A DNA stretch of 64,000 nt from a virus. A program made the position numbers and the translations under genes. Shown in pieces: positions 30,601-39,520 of this stretch. The stretch spans positions 17,645-81,644 of the IMG/VR virus record IMGVR_UViG_3300023184_000079. One strand, 5' to 3'. The notes below the pieces were generated by a model. The model was given only the letters and a program-made list of their open reading frames with translations. It had not been told where the DNA came from and did not search any database. Every line of letters begins with the position of its first letter. Positions within the stretch are counted from its first letter, which is position 1.

Positions 30601-30927
30601 TTAGTCGTCTCTGCTGACCTTCCGCGCCTCCACAGCGAGCAGCACCTCGTAGACCTCGCCGTCGGCAATGATGTCTCGCTCGTCGTCAGTCAGGTCGCTT
30701 TCGCAGACGATGATAAGGTCGCTGCGTTTGCAGCCACCCCACGAACCATCTGGGGAAGCCCAGATAATGTTTGTCTTGTGCAGCGGACTCCTGATTTCGT
30801 CTTGGATTTCTTCCATCATATTTACGAGTCCCCAGAGAATAGACTCTTTGTCCTCACCGATGATTGTGATGAGCAACTCCAACTGCTCAGAGAGCATTTG
30901 GCTATCAATACTGGTCTTGTCAATCAT
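30601..30927 (-). CDS. Hypothetical protein
   Basis: AAGGAG SD downstream of promoter copy 4. Confidence 0.65.
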   Translation of the reverse strand: MIDKTSIDSQMLSEQLELLITIIGEDKESILWGLVNMMEEIQDEIRSPLHKTNIIWASPDGSWGGCKRSDLIIVCESDLTDDERDIIADGEVYEVLLAVEARKVSRDD

Positions 30928-30951
30928 GCAGCGGACTCCTTGTGTATTTAT

Positions 30952-30997
30952 AGACTAGGGCATGTTGCCCTGAATGTCAAGTTGCGTTTGTGTTTAG
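30952..30997 (-). promoter_or_regulatory. Early promoter repeat, copy 4 (leadered, with SD)
   Basis: CTAAACACAAACGCAAC-TTGACA-17-TAGTCT. Confidence 0.8.
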
Positions 30998-31015
30998 ATG
31001 ATTTGCGGGATTTAT

Positions 31016-31570
31016 TTACATCCCGACGGCAGCCTGAGCCGCATCGATCTTTTCTTCGTACCACTTGTGGTACTTGTCGTCAAAAGTTCCCTCGTCGTCA
31101 ATCACAGGGTAGTCGCTTAGAGAGATGTCGCAATGAATCTTGATCTCTCCGTTCCGGATCACCTCGCCGCCGCAGAAGCCGCAGCCTTCTTCGATGTATG
31201 CCTGCCGAAACGTAAGGTTAGGATACATTTGACTAATGCTTACGAGAGCCTCGGTCATGGGCGACCACGCCGTAAGGTAGAAGAAGTTGGCGGACAAGGG
31301 GTTAGAGGACTCCAACAGTTGCACGTCGTAATCGCCCCACTTGGTGCCCCACAGACGAAGCGCCGTGTCGTAGCCTGTGTCGGAGAACACGGTCATGGTG
31401 CCGTCGTCGATGGTCTTGTGAGCGTCCTTGGGTAGCGGCAGAAGGGTACGGCAAATCTGGTACTCCTCGTCGTGGGTCGTCGGCACAGACACGGCATCCA
31501 TGAAACTCTTTACGTCCTCTGCCGTGCCGTCCACCTGCAAATAGTTTGTGCAATGATTAGGCATCGCCAT
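31016..31570 (-). CDS. DUF1281/YubB ferredoxin-like protein
   Basis: MPNHCTNYL..WGTKWG..FYLTAWSP..YPNLTF..YIEEG..FCG. Confidence 0.75.
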   Translation of the reverse strand: MAMPNHCTNYLQVDGTAEDVKSFMDAVSVPTTHDEEYQICRTLLPLPKDAHKTIDDGTMTVFSDTGYDTALRLWGTKWGDYDVQLLESSNPLSANFFYLTAWSPMTEALVSISQMYPNLTFRQAYIEEGCGFCGGEVIRNGEIKIHCDISLSDYPVIDDEGTFDDKYHKWYEEKIDAAQAAVGM

Positions 31571-32175
31571 CCTCCTTTGGAAACGTCTGTGGAAGGTTCA
31601 GTTCCTTTTCCAGATCGCGGATTGCCTGCACCGCTTCGGGTGCCGCGCCAGCCGCGTTTTCGGGCAAACGCTTTTTCAGGCTTGCGTAGAGATTTCGCAG
31701 AATATACTCCTGCGCTTTTTTGGTCTGCATACTCATGCTTTCTCCACTTCGTGAATAGGACAGGACTCGCTGTCATGCTGAAGCGAAAACTGCAATGTAT
31801 CGTCATGGTCCATAACGTGGACCATAATCCATCCAGTACAGTCAAGGCGAGGGCGAACCGTCACCTGCTTTTCGCTGTAGTCAATGAAAAACTTTTCACT
31901 GACTGCGTTCTCGTGAATCTGCATACTCATACTTTCTCCACTTCGATGTCATGAGATATGGCAGCAACATCCCAGCCGTAGTGGTCCTTGAGATAAACGT
32001 TCGCCTTGGCGATGATCTGTCCCTCGTCCATGTCCTCGGTGTCAGTCACGAAGGTGCGTAGGACGAGGTTGGAAGCGATAAACAGGACGCTGTGCATATA
32101 GTCTCCTTTTGTTAGTTGGCGTAGACGGTGGTCGCCGTGCCGTTATGATCGACGATGATCCAGCCGCAGCCGCCG

Positions 32176-32424
32176 TCAGTCTCGGAAGCAGCAATCGTCC
32201 CAGCGGTCGCCGTGCAAGGCTGCCGTCTCCCGGCACAGATTGCGCTGCGCCTCCCATATCTTGCTATCGGCGGCTACGCAGTCGTCGCAACTGCACCAAC
32301 CTGTCTGGTCCCCTCTGCCACCGTTCTGCAGCCCTCCCTCCTCGCAGCGGTCGATCTCTGCCGCGAGGATTGCCGCGTCAACATTCTGTTGGGCCTTGCT
32401 GATCTTGCTGATGTCGTTGCTCAT
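32176..32424 (-). CDS. Small early protein (leaderless)
   Basis: ATG 6 nt after the -10 box of promoter copy 5. Confidence 0.65.
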   Translation of the reverse strand: MSNDISKISKAQQNVDAAILAAEIDRCEEGGLQNGGRGDQTGWCSCDDCVAADSKIWEAQRNLCRETAALHGDRWDDCCFRD

Positions 32425-32430
32425 GTCAGT

Positions 32431-32477
32431 AGACTACTACCTTTCGGGTCAGATGTCAAGTTGAGATTGTGTTTAGT
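32431..32477 (-). promoter_or_regulatory. Early promoter repeat, copy 5
   Basis: ACTAAACACAATCTCAAC-TTGACA-TCTGACCCGAAAGGTAG-TAGTCT-6-ATG. Confidence 0.85.
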
Positions 32478-32498
32478 GATTTTTGCAGTTTTTTGGAT

Positions 32499-33419
32499 TT
32501 ACTGCTTTTCGATTTTCTTCTGAGCCTTGGCCTTGGCTTCGGCGGCGACGGCTTCAGGCGTGGTCCCAATCTTCTGAGCGATTGCCGACACAACCCAAGC
32601 CTCGTTTTCGACGGTCCACGCCCGATCCGTCAGGGCGTAGTCCGAATCCCAAGCGTGAGCATCGCTGACCTCGCGGAGCCAAGTCTTGGCCTGAGCCAGC
32701 GTCGTGATCTGCTCCTTGCGGGTGTACTCTCCGCGCTCCGTCATCTGAGGAGCGCCGTGCAGCGTAGTGGTCGAACCATCGGGCAGGAGCGCCTTTTCCA
32801 ACTTCTTGGCGAGCCGCTCTGCCTTGCAGCGGGCGGCCTCTTCGCGCGCCGCGATCTTTGCGACCGGCAAACCATCCGTCCACTCGGTCGGGGCCGACGG
32901 GTAGCAGACGGAGCAAAGCACCTTGCCCCAGTCAGCGACGGCCTCTGCCTCAGTCCTGTCGCTGAGGTGGGTGAGCCACTGGTAGTCGGTCGTGTCGTAA
33001 CACGTCGAGCAGTGCATCGACTCGTGGATGTGGCCGTTGGTGTTCGTGACAAAAAAGTAGCGCGACCACCTCCATTCGTACCACACTATGTGCAGTTCAG
33101 TCTGTTCTGCGCGGAGGGCGCTCATTTCGTCTGCCATGACGCGGTACTTGGCGGCGGCACTCTGCCGCCAAGAATCGGCAGACGATTCGCAGGTTGCGAC
33201 GGCCTCGGCGAACGTCATCTGCCATTGGCGCTCGGGGCGTCGGCCATACGTGTCGGTACGCTCGGGCGCGACTTTCTTGTCCCCGGCGCAATCGTGGATC
33301 TGGTCGGCCTGCCAACCCATCGTCTGGGTGAGCCGGTACTGCATCTCTGCAAGTTCTGCGAGTCGCGTGTCGATTTCTACGATGCGCTCGCGAGTCGGTT
33401 TTGTGGTGAGTGTGCTCAT
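32499..33419 (-). CDS. Conserved actinophage-type protein with a zinc-binding motif (leaderless)
   Basis: WSRYFFV..GHIHESMHCSTC..LCSVCYPSAP. Confidence 0.75.
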   Translation of the reverse strand: MSTLTTKPTRERIVEIDTRLAELAEMQYRLTQTMGWQADQIHDCAGDKKVAPERTDTYGRRPERQWQMTFAEAVATCESSADSWRQSAAAKYRVMADEMSALRAEQTELHIVWYEWRWSRYFFVTNTNGHIHESMHCSTCYDTTDYQWLTHLSDRTEAEAVADWGKVLCSVCYPSAPTEWTDGLPVAKIAAREEAARCKAERLAKKLEKALLPDGSTTTLHGAPQMTERGEYTRKEQITTLAQAKTWLREVSDAHAWDSDYALTDRAWTVENEAWVVSAIAQKIGTTPEAVAAEAKAKAQKKIEKQ

Positions 33420-33425
33420 GTCTAA

Positions 33426-33472
33426 AGACTACTACCTTTCGGGTCGGATGTCAAGTTGAGATTGTGTTTAGT
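33426..33472 (-). promoter_or_regulatory. Early promoter repeat, copy 6
   Basis: Nearly identical to copy 5; TTGACA-17-TAGTCT-6-ATG. Confidence 0.85.
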
Positions 33473-33609
33473 GATTTTTGCAGTTTTTCGGCGGTAGTGA
33501 TTTATTGCTTTTTTCTTGCTGGCGAACCAACGTTCGCTTATCACTTCGCCGCCGCCGTCGCACAGGCGCACGACGTAAACGTCGTCAATGCGTAACACCT
33601 GATACACCC

Positions 33610-34410
33610 TCACCCCACCATCGTCATGGGGTGAGGGACCGGCACGGTGTTGGGCTTGCGAATCGCCTCAATCGCAGCAAGGGTCGCTTGCGCCTCCTCC
33701 GTCCACGCCTTCTGCGCCGCCGTAACCCTCTCCGGGGCGTCAGCGGTGATGCGGAACAGATCGCCGCCAACAGCCACGCCGTTGGTGGTGCCCACCATGA
33801 TGCGGGGATTCTTGCGCCACACCGGTAGCGTCCAGCCCGTGTTCGGCAGCGTCAGGCTGCCCACGGTGTCGTGCAGACCCTCGTTCTTGCGAGCCTCCAC
33901 CTCCCACGGCAGGCTTTCGTACCGCGCGTGAGCAGCGCCGGAACGCTGCGTGCTCTTGGCACGGCTGTCGCGGAGCGCCGTCTGGTACTTCTTGTGGAAC
34001 AGGGGGTCTCGCTCCGCCTGCGCCGCGTGGGTCAACTCATGCCACAGGACGCGGGACGCCTGATCGTCGGTCAGCCGCGCGCTGACGGTGATGTAGTGAT
34101 AGGTCGTGACAGGCTCGGCAGCCGCGTTCAGTTGGCATCCCAACCTCGTACCCTTGTACGCACCCAGCAGGCGCACGCCCTTGGAGCGGCGGACGTAGAC
34201 CGGGCGAACAAGACCGAAGTGCTTGACGGCAGCGGCGAGCATGTCGTCGTCCAAGCGCCACGGGGCGCTGTTGCCAGACTTCGCGCGCTGGCGGTTGTCG
34301 CGGCAGTCGGGGCACTTGGTGACGGGCCGACCGCGCTTGCCGGTCAACTGAATCACGTTAGTGCAGCCGTCGGTCGCGCAGGTCTTGGTGGTGTCGGTGG
34401 TGGTGTTCAT
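33610..34410 (-). CDS. Zn-finger plus HExxH metallopeptidase-like protein (leaderless)
   Basis: CATDGC..GRP..CPDC; VLWHELTHAAQ..PWEVEAR. Confidence 0.7.
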   Translation of the reverse strand: MNTTTDTTKTCATDGCTNVIQLTGKRGRPVTKCPDCRDNRQRAKSGNSAPWRLDDDMLAAAVKHFGLVRPVYVRRSKGVRLLGAYKGTRLGCQLNAAAEPVTTYHYITVSARLTDDQASRVLWHELTHAAQAERDPLFHKKYQTALRDSRAKSTQRSGAAHARYESLPWEVEARKNEGLHDTVGSLTLPNTGWTLPVWRKNPRIMVGTTNGVAVGGDLFRITADAPERVTAAQKAWTEEAQATLAAIEAIRKPNTVPVPHPMTMVG

Positions 34411-34417
34411 AAAAGTG

Positions 34418-34471
34418 ATCTTACTACCTTTCGGTCGGGATGTCAAGGGGATTTGTGTTACGATTGCGTTT
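34418..34471 (-). promoter_or_regulatory. Early promoter repeat, copy 7
   Basis: AAACGCAATCGTAACACAAATCCCC-TTGACA-17-TAAGAT-7-ATG. Confidence 0.8.
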
Positions 34472-34765
34472 GGCTACAGTCGCAATGACATCGCGCATCG
34501 TGTCGGCGGAAGCGATCAGAGTACCATCGGACCACGCCTCCCAGCCGTAGTGCTCGCAGGAGCCGCGACCCGCCGAATAACCGGGCCACGTCGTCTTGTA
34601 AACGACGACGGGCAGCAGGTCCGCCTTGGGCACGTAGGCGATGCGCGACGAAAGACTGCCCAGCATAGTCTCCTTCTTTCCGGGGTAAGCCTGAGCCACC
34701 CCCCATTCGGCCTGCTTCCACGCCTTCCGGTCGGAGAGGTCAGTAGTGATGGTGTCGTTGTTCAT
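34424..34765 (-). CDS. Small early protein (leaderless)
   Basis: ATG 6 nt after the -10 box of copy 8. Confidence 0.6.
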   Translation of the reverse strand: MNNDTITTDLSDRKAWKQAEWGVAQAYPGKKETMLGSLSSRIAYVPKADLLPVVVYKTTWPGYSAGRGSCEHYGWEAWSDGTLIASADTMRDVIATVAKRNRNTNPLDIPTER

Positions 34766-34771
34766 GTCTAC

Positions 34772-34825
34772 AGACTACATTCTTTCGGGTTGAATGTCAA
34801 GGGGATTTGTGTTACGATTGCGTTT
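34772..34825 (-). promoter_or_regulatory. Early promoter repeat, copy 8
   Basis: Same 31-bp upstream block as copy 7; TTGACA-17-TAGTCT-6-ATG. Confidence 0.85.
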
Positions 34826-35150
34826 ACCGCGCCGGAGCCGCGCAGAAGCGGCCCGTGGTCCGGCAGCGCCAGCAGACGCGCTTGCCACAGCCGCAGGTGC
34901 AGAGGGTGCCGGAGCGGTCGTAGACAGCGGCGCAGCCGCCGACGACGTGCGCGCCTTGCTCGCGCATGGCATGGCCGATGCGCTTGATGGCCGTCTTACG
35001 GTCTAGCGCAGCGAGAGCCTGCACGTCCGCCGTGGGGCGGCGCTTGACCGGGCTAGCCGTGTGGATACGGAAGGTCGTCGGGTCTGCTGCCAACGCAAGT
35101 GCGCGGTGGGAGAAGCCGGAGCCGGGGCGGTTGGTGTTCTTGATCTTCAT
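34824..35150 (-). CDS. Small Cys-rich early protein (leaderless)
   Basis: ATG 6 nt after the -10 box of copy 9. Confidence 0.6.
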   Translation of the reverse strand: MKIKNTNRPGSGFSHRALALAADPTTFRIHTASPVKRRPTADVQALAALDRKTAIKRIGHAMREQGAHVVGGCAAVYDRSGTLCTCGCGKRVCWRCRTTGRFCAAPAR

Positions 35151-35156
35151 ACTTAG

Positions 35157-35186
35157 AGACTACTACATTTTGGGTCAGATGTCAAG
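35157..35186 (-). promoter_or_regulatory. Early promoter repeat, copy 9
   Basis: TTGACA-17-TAGTCT-6-ATG. Confidence 0.8.
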
Positions 35187-35285
35187 AGGTCATAACATAA
35201 ACTCAACACTTGACAAATGCCCGATTCTTTGCTACAGTGTGTATAATGAAGAGAGTGCGCCTAAAAAAGTCGATTTATACAAACT

Positions 35286-35323
35286 AAAAAAAAAAGAAGG
35301 GCGGAGCCGAAGCCCCGCCCCTC
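35286..35323 (-). terminator. Rho-independent terminator
   Basis: AGGGCGGGGC-TTCG-GCTCCGCCCT followed by a long T run on the minus strand, after 35334..35846. Confidence 0.88.
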
Positions 35324-35333
35324 CGTCCAATCG

Positions 35334-35846
35334 TTACACCCGGTTCGCGCACACCGGGCCGATGCCCCGGTCAATGGACTCGGGATCGGTCAGAGTGCGA
35401 CCGCAGATCGCGCAGACCCCGAAGCGGGCACCAAACTCCTGCGCCTGCTGCATCGTGATGCGGTTAGCCAGCGACAGGAGTCGCACGGCACCGGGCGCGT
35501 ACTCCCATCCCAACACATCAGTGCGTAAGACCTTGGCATACAGATTGCCGCTCGTGCGCGACCTCTGCACCTTGTACACGGCCTCCTCTCTCATGTAGCA
35601 GCCCTCCGCCAGCGGCTCCACAGCGGGAGCAGCGGCACGGGCCTCGCGGCGCACCGCCGCCAGACCAGCCTTGAGGAGGTCAATGGTGTTGGGCGGAAAA
35701 GCCACCGTCCACACCGTGGCGGCAGCCTCCAGCGTCGTCGTGATGTCGGCCTCGTCTGTCCCAAGGATGGTCAGGTGCTCGCGCAGAAGGTCGCTGGCAA
35801 ACTTGACCTGCGCGGGAGAGGCGGGGCGGGTGCGGGTGTTGTTCAT
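35334..35846 (-). CDS. DUF6011-domain protein (leaderless)
   Basis: C-terminal CAICGRTLTDPESIDRGIGPVCA. Confidence 0.8.
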   Translation of the reverse strand: MNNTRTRPASPAQVKFASDLLREHLTILGTDEADITTTLEAAATVWTVAFPPNTIDLLKAGLAAVRREARAAAPAVEPLAEGCYMREEAVYKVQRSRTSGNLYAKVLRTDVLGWEYAPGAVRLLSLANRITMQQAQEFGARFGVCAICGRTLTDPESIDRGIGPVCANRV

Positions 35847-35852
35847 GTCTGT

Positions 35853-35906
35853 AGACTATCTACTCTCTGTGAGAATGTCAAGGTGATTCATGTTAGGATT
35901 GTGTTT
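35853..35906 (-). promoter_or_regulatory. Early promoter repeat, copy 10
   Basis: AAACACAATCCTAAC..TTGACA-17-TAGTCT-6-ATG. Confidence 0.8.
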
Positions 35907-35949
35907 ACTCTGCTAGGGCGGCGGAGCCGCCCCGCGCGGGGGGTCAGGG

Positions 35950-36318
35950 TCAGGCGACCCTTGCGACCGCCCAGACGTACTCCGCAGCCTCGTCTCGCGT
36001 CCAGCCCCGAGCGGCGTACTCCGGGGCGAAGCGGTCGTCGTCGTCTAGCCCGTCGATCTGCCACAGGCTGTCCGCCAGAGTCAGCCCCGACAAGCCAGCC
36101 GTGTCCTCGTCGTGACAGACCGCGAGGGTGGCGGAGTCGTACCAGCCGTTTTGCGACACGCCGGGGCAACCGGACAGCGCCTGCAGGGCAGAGATGAGGC
36201 TGCCGCCGAACAGGAAGTCTGCGACCTCCTGAGCCGTGACGGCAAAGCCGGTGATCTTAGACTGACAGGCGGTGCCGACGTAGTGGGCCACGTCGGCAGG
36301 CTGCATATACTTGCTCAT
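35950..36318 (-). CDS. Hypothetical early protein
   Basis: AAGGAG SD; overlaps the upstream stop. Confidence 0.65.
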   Translation of the reverse strand: MSKYMQPADVAHYVGTACQSKITGFAVTAQEVADFLFGGSLISALQALSGCPGVSQNGWYDSATLAVCHDEDTAGLSGLTLADSLWQIDGLDDDDRFAPEYAARGWTRDEAAEYVWAVARVA

Positions 36319-36638
36319 GCTGTCTGCTCCTTGGTTGCGTAAGCGATTGCGGCAAGTGCCGCACGCTTGGTATCAAACACATCGCTTAGTCCGTAGCCGA
36401 CTGCTCGGTCGCCGGTCGTGGTGTCCAAGATGTACCAGTCAAAACGCTCCACGTCGTGCCACGAGTGACAGCCTCGTCCGCTGATCTTGCCTGCGACGAT
36501 CCGGTTGCCGTCAATGTTGGTTAGCCAGCGGAATCGGCGCTCGTTGCGATGTAGTGTCTCGCACTTCTCGTGTTCGCATGGGGTAGACCACTCGTTGCGA
36601 TCAGGGACGTATCGGTTTGTGGTGGTGGTTATGCTCAT
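36315..36638 (-). CDS. Hypothetical early protein
   Basis: GGAGGT SD; ATGA overlap. Confidence 0.65.
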   Translation of the reverse strand: MSITTTTNRYVPDRNEWSTPCEHEKCETLHRNERRFRWLTNIDGNRIVAGKISGRGCHSWHDVERFDWYILDTTTGDRAVGYGLSDVFDTKRAALAAIAYATKEQTA

Positions 36639-36922
36639 GCCGTCACCTCCACCGCAACCCAGATGCCGTCGGAGCGGTAGGTGAAGGTCTGCCCGTCGTG
36701 GAAGGCGGCGATGCGGCTGCGAATGCCGCGCAGGCGCTTCACTTCGGCGGCGACGTAGGCGCGAGGGGTCAGGTAGCGGTAGCCGTCGAAGATCTCGTTG
36801 TCGTCGCGGTGGCGGAAGGCGTAGGCAATATGAGCCTCGCTGATCTCCGCGTACATGGCGTCAGTCTCCGCGTCCGCCGCGTTGTAGGTGATGGTGTTGT
36901 TGTCGTTCATGCGATTGCTCAT
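36635..36922 (-). CDS. Hypothetical early protein (leaderless)
   Basis: ATG 6 nt after the -10 box of copy 11. Confidence 0.65.
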   Translation of the reverse strand: MSNRMNDNNTITYNAADAETDAMYAEISEAHIAYAFRHRDDNEIFDGYRYLTPRAYVAAEVKRLRGIRSRIAAFHDGQTFTYRSDGIWVAVEVTA

Positions 36923-36928
36923 GTCTAA

Positions 36929-36971
36929 AGACTACTACCTTTCGGGTCGGATGTCAAGTTAAGATTGTGTT
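36929..36971 (-). promoter_or_regulatory. Early promoter repeat, copy 11
   Basis: AACACAATCTTAAC-TTGACA-TCCGACCCGAAAGGTAG-TAGTCT-6-ATG. Confidence 0.85.
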
Positions 36972-37224
36972 GGGCGGTAGTGATCGTCTTGGCACTCTTC
37001 GCACCACTGCTCCGGTGCTGCCATCCACGAGACGGCATTGGCCTGCGTCTCAAACTGCATGATCGTGCTGTGCTGCTCGCAGATCAGAGTCCACGGCAGG
37101 TCGGGGTCGCAAGCCTGTTCGGCGCTGCTGACCAGCACGACGAGCGTGCCCGTGCTGCGCGCGAAAGAGGCGCGGCGGAAGCCGCAGTAGGTGCGAGCCT
37201 CCGCAATCGCCTGCTGACGGGCAG

Positions 37225-37536
37225 TCACGCCCCCACCTCCCAAGCACCGTCGCGGCTGGCATTGGCGACGACGTACAGGATCGCGATGACCTCCGCCGGA
37301 GTCATGTCGGGAACGTACGCGGAGATCACATCGGCGCACCATTCGTTGCCGTCGTTGTCGTTGCCCTCGCCCCAGCCGAAGAGGGCGGCGCGGGACACGA
37401 GGCTACGGAACCGCATCGGCATGCGGTAGACGTAGCCGTCAATCTTGTTGCCAGACGGCTGCCCTTCGACCATGCGGTCGGGGTCGCAGTCAATCAGGTG
37501 GTCAGGGTTCACGGTGTCGTACATGTCTTTGTTCAT
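37225..37536 (-). CDS. Hypothetical early protein (leaderless)
   Basis: ATG 6 nt after the -10 box of copy 12. Confidence 0.65.
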   Translation of the reverse strand: MNKDMYDTVNPDHLIDCDPDRMVEGQPSGNKIDGYVYRMPMRFRSLVSRAALFGWGEGNDNDGNEWCADVISAYVPDMTPAEVIAILYVVANASRDGAWEVGA

Positions 37537-37542
37537 GTCTGT

Positions 37543-37596
37543 AGACTACTACCTTTCGAGTCAGATGTCAAGGGGATTTGTGTTATTTTTGTGTTT
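37543..37596 (-). promoter_or_regulatory. Early promoter repeat, copy 12
   Basis: TTGACA-17-TAGTCT-6-ATG with the AACACAAATCCCC upstream block. Confidence 0.85.
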
Positions 37597-37908
37597 ACTC
37601 TACTTGGGCGGCGGAGCCGCCCCGCGCGCGGGGTCAGGCCCTAGAGATGTCGAACGCTTGGCTCGGCGTGGTTGATCGTCACGAGATCCGTACCCGTCAC
37701 GATATGCACGGAGTTGAACCTGCCGCGAGCGTTGATTTTGATATGGTTGTTTTGCTCGCGCTCGCGGTAGTAGAAACTGCGGCCATCCTGCCCCATGTAC
37801 TGCCACGGCAGATGCGCTTTGGCAGGCGCGCGTGTGAGGTAGGCGGTGAGGGGCGCGAAGTCGTGCTGCGGGTCGTAGTTCATGGTGTCCTTCGGGTCGT
37901 ATTCCATT

Positions 37909-38253
37909 TTACTGGCAGTCGCCGCAGAGGGTCTGGGCGCCAGTCCACGCGAGGTTGTCGGTGTCGCCACAGTCGTCGCAGCAGCCGCTGCGAGGAGCCA
38001 TCAGGCCAGCCGAAGGAGCAGCCGGAGTCGTCGTCCACCCATCGGTGAAGTCGAAGATGTAGGCGACCTTGCCGTTACCGAGGTCGCGCTGGTCGAACAC
38101 GTCGCCTAGCGTCACCTGCTTGAGGCCGCCGCTCTTGAGGTGGACGGTGACGTGGCTGCCAACGCCGAAGCCGTGGCCCTGACCATTCTGGACGCGGACG
38201 GCCCAGCCGTCTCCGAATCGGGTAAACGTGCCCTGCGGGTGCTTGGTGCTCAT
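37909..38253 (-). CDS. Hypothetical early protein with a C-terminal CxxC..CxxC (leaderless)
   Basis: ATG 6 nt after the -10 box of copy 13. Confidence 0.65.
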   Translation of the reverse strand: MSTKHPQGTFTRFGDGWAVRVQNGQGHGFGVGSHVTVHLKSGGLKQVTLGDVFDQRDLGNGKVAYIFDFTDGWTTTPAAPSAGLMAPRSGCCDDCGDTDNLAWTGAQTLCGDCQ

Positions 38254-38259
38254 ATTTAG

Positions 38260-38306
38260 AGACTACTACCTTCCGGGTCGGATGTCAAGTTAGGATTGTG
38301 TTTAGT
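38260..38306 (-). promoter_or_regulatory. Early promoter repeat, copy 13
   Basis: ACTAAACACAATCCTAAC-TTGACA-17-TAGTCT-6-ATG. Confidence 0.85.
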
Positions 38307-38497
38307 CACAGCAGCGAAGCGGTGATTCTCGCAAGCGGCGATGAACCGCTCGCGGGAGAAATGAACGTTGTCACGGGCGTAGGTGGCCGCGATTTCGTCG
38401 CGCACCGTCTCCCATTCGGACCGGCTGCTGATGGACCAGCGCAGGCACCGGACCGTCTCTGCCATGTCCTCGTAATGTCGCCGGGATAGCGACGACA

Positions 38498-38857
38498 TTA
38501 GAGGCGCTCCAGCAGCAGGCGGACCTGCGGGTCAACAGCCACAGCGTTGAGCGCAATCCAGTCGCTGTCAGACTCCGACAGATCCAGCGTGTAGTCGGAG
38601 GCGATGGCGATGCCGCCGAGGTCCGGGTGCTGCTCAACCGTCACAAAGCGAACGCGGTAGGTGCTGTGGTCAAGCCCGTGGGAGTCGCAGCCGCGACCGA
38701 CCAACGTCTCCACAGCCGACCGCAGGGCGGCAAACGTGGTGCCGCGATTGGCGACCTCAGCAATGGCCGTCTGCATACCACGGCTCATCACCTTGGCGGC
38801 TTCAGCGTCCTCTAGGGCTTTGTCGCGCTTGCTCTGGCTCTGATGATTGGCGCTCAC
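38498..38857 (-). CDS. Hypothetical early protein
   Basis: ORF within a tightly packed operon. Confidence 0.55.
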   Translation of the reverse strand: MSANHQSQSKRDKALEDAEAAKVMSRGMQTAIAEVANRGTTFAALRSAVETLVGRGCDSHGLDHSTYRVRFVTVEQHPDLGGIAIASDYTLDLSESDSDWIALNAVAVDPQVRLLLERL

Positions 38858-38859
38858 GC

Positions 38860-39162
38860 CTACACCCCCGTTCCGAAATCGACGTTCTCAAAGCAGGAGG
38901 CGCGGTAGGCGACTTCGCCGATCTGGTCGCAGTAGACGCCGAAGACCTCGCCGTGAATGAAGGTCTGGGTGTCGCGCTTGAAGGTGCGGCGGACGTTGTA
39001 AAGGTCGTTTTCGATGGTGATCTCAACGCGGTAGCCCTTCCCGGCAGGGAGAATGAACGTGTCGTCTTGGACGAACCAACGTCCGCCGCTGATGGCGAGA
39101 AGGTTGCTCCATCCGATCTGGCGCTCAATCGTGCAGGCTTCTGGCTTCGTCAAAATGCTCAT
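38860..39162 (-). CDS. Hypothetical early protein
   Basis: GGAGGT SD, ATGA overlap; QIGWSNLLAISGGR..VYCDQIGEV. Confidence 0.65.
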   Translation of the reverse strand: MSILTKPEACTIERQIGWSNLLAISGGRWFVQDDTFILPAGKGYRVEITIENDLYNVRRTFKRDTQTFIHGEVFGVYCDQIGEVAYRASCFENVDFGTGV

Positions 39163-39485
39163 GCCGTCACCTCCTCGCTGCACCACTGGCAGACGCACTG
39201 GATGTCGGCAGGCACGGTCTGGTCAAGGCGCGCGACAACGGTGGCGGGATCAATGCCGATGCCGCGCAGCCAGTGCGCCTGATCGTCTCGCTTGAAGGCG
39301 AGGCGCGCGGCCAAGTTGATCTCGCGCGTCAGCGCGCCCGAATGCGTGGTGCCGGTCAGCGTGGCGATCTGGCGCTTGCAGCGGACGAGCCTGCTCACGA
39401 TGTCGTGGTAGGCAACAACGGCCTGCGCGACGTGGAGGAGATTCTCCGGGGCGATGGTGATGTTCGTGCTCTCGGTCTGGTTCAT
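39159..39485 (-). CDS. Hypothetical early protein (leaderless)
   Basis: ATG 6 nt after TATACT of copy 14. Confidence 0.6.
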   Translation of the reverse strand: MNQTESTNITIAPENLLHVAQAVVAYHDIVSRLVRCKRQIATLTGTTHSGALTREINLAARLAFKRDDQAHWLRGIGIDPATVVARLDQTVPADIQCVCQWCSEEVTA

Positions 39486-39491
39486 AGGCAC

Positions 39492-39520
39492 AGTATACAC
39501 AACTACGGTCAGATGTCAAG
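39492..39520 (-). promoter_or_regulatory. Early promoter repeat, copy 14
   Basis: TTGACA-16-TATACT-6-ATG. Confidence 0.8.

Noticed and set aside
32437-32453. ACC-CGAAA-GGT mini-hairpin in the promoter spacer as an N4-type hairpin promoter
   Set aside because: The stem is only 3 bp and is absent from several copies; canonical -35/-10 boxes explain the element.
24916-38109. Long plus-strand ORFs in the GC-rich island (e.g. 24916..25668, 32469..33425, 33871..34488, 34966..35598)
   Set aside because: They are antisense shadows of minus-strand genes that have promoters and recognisable motifs, as expected at high GC.
26631-39520. Repeated ~55-bp elements as a CRISPR array or integron attC sites
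   Set aside because: Spacing is gene-sized and irregular, the copies are not palindromic like attC, they match -35/-10 promoter geometry, and no cas or integrase gene is seen.
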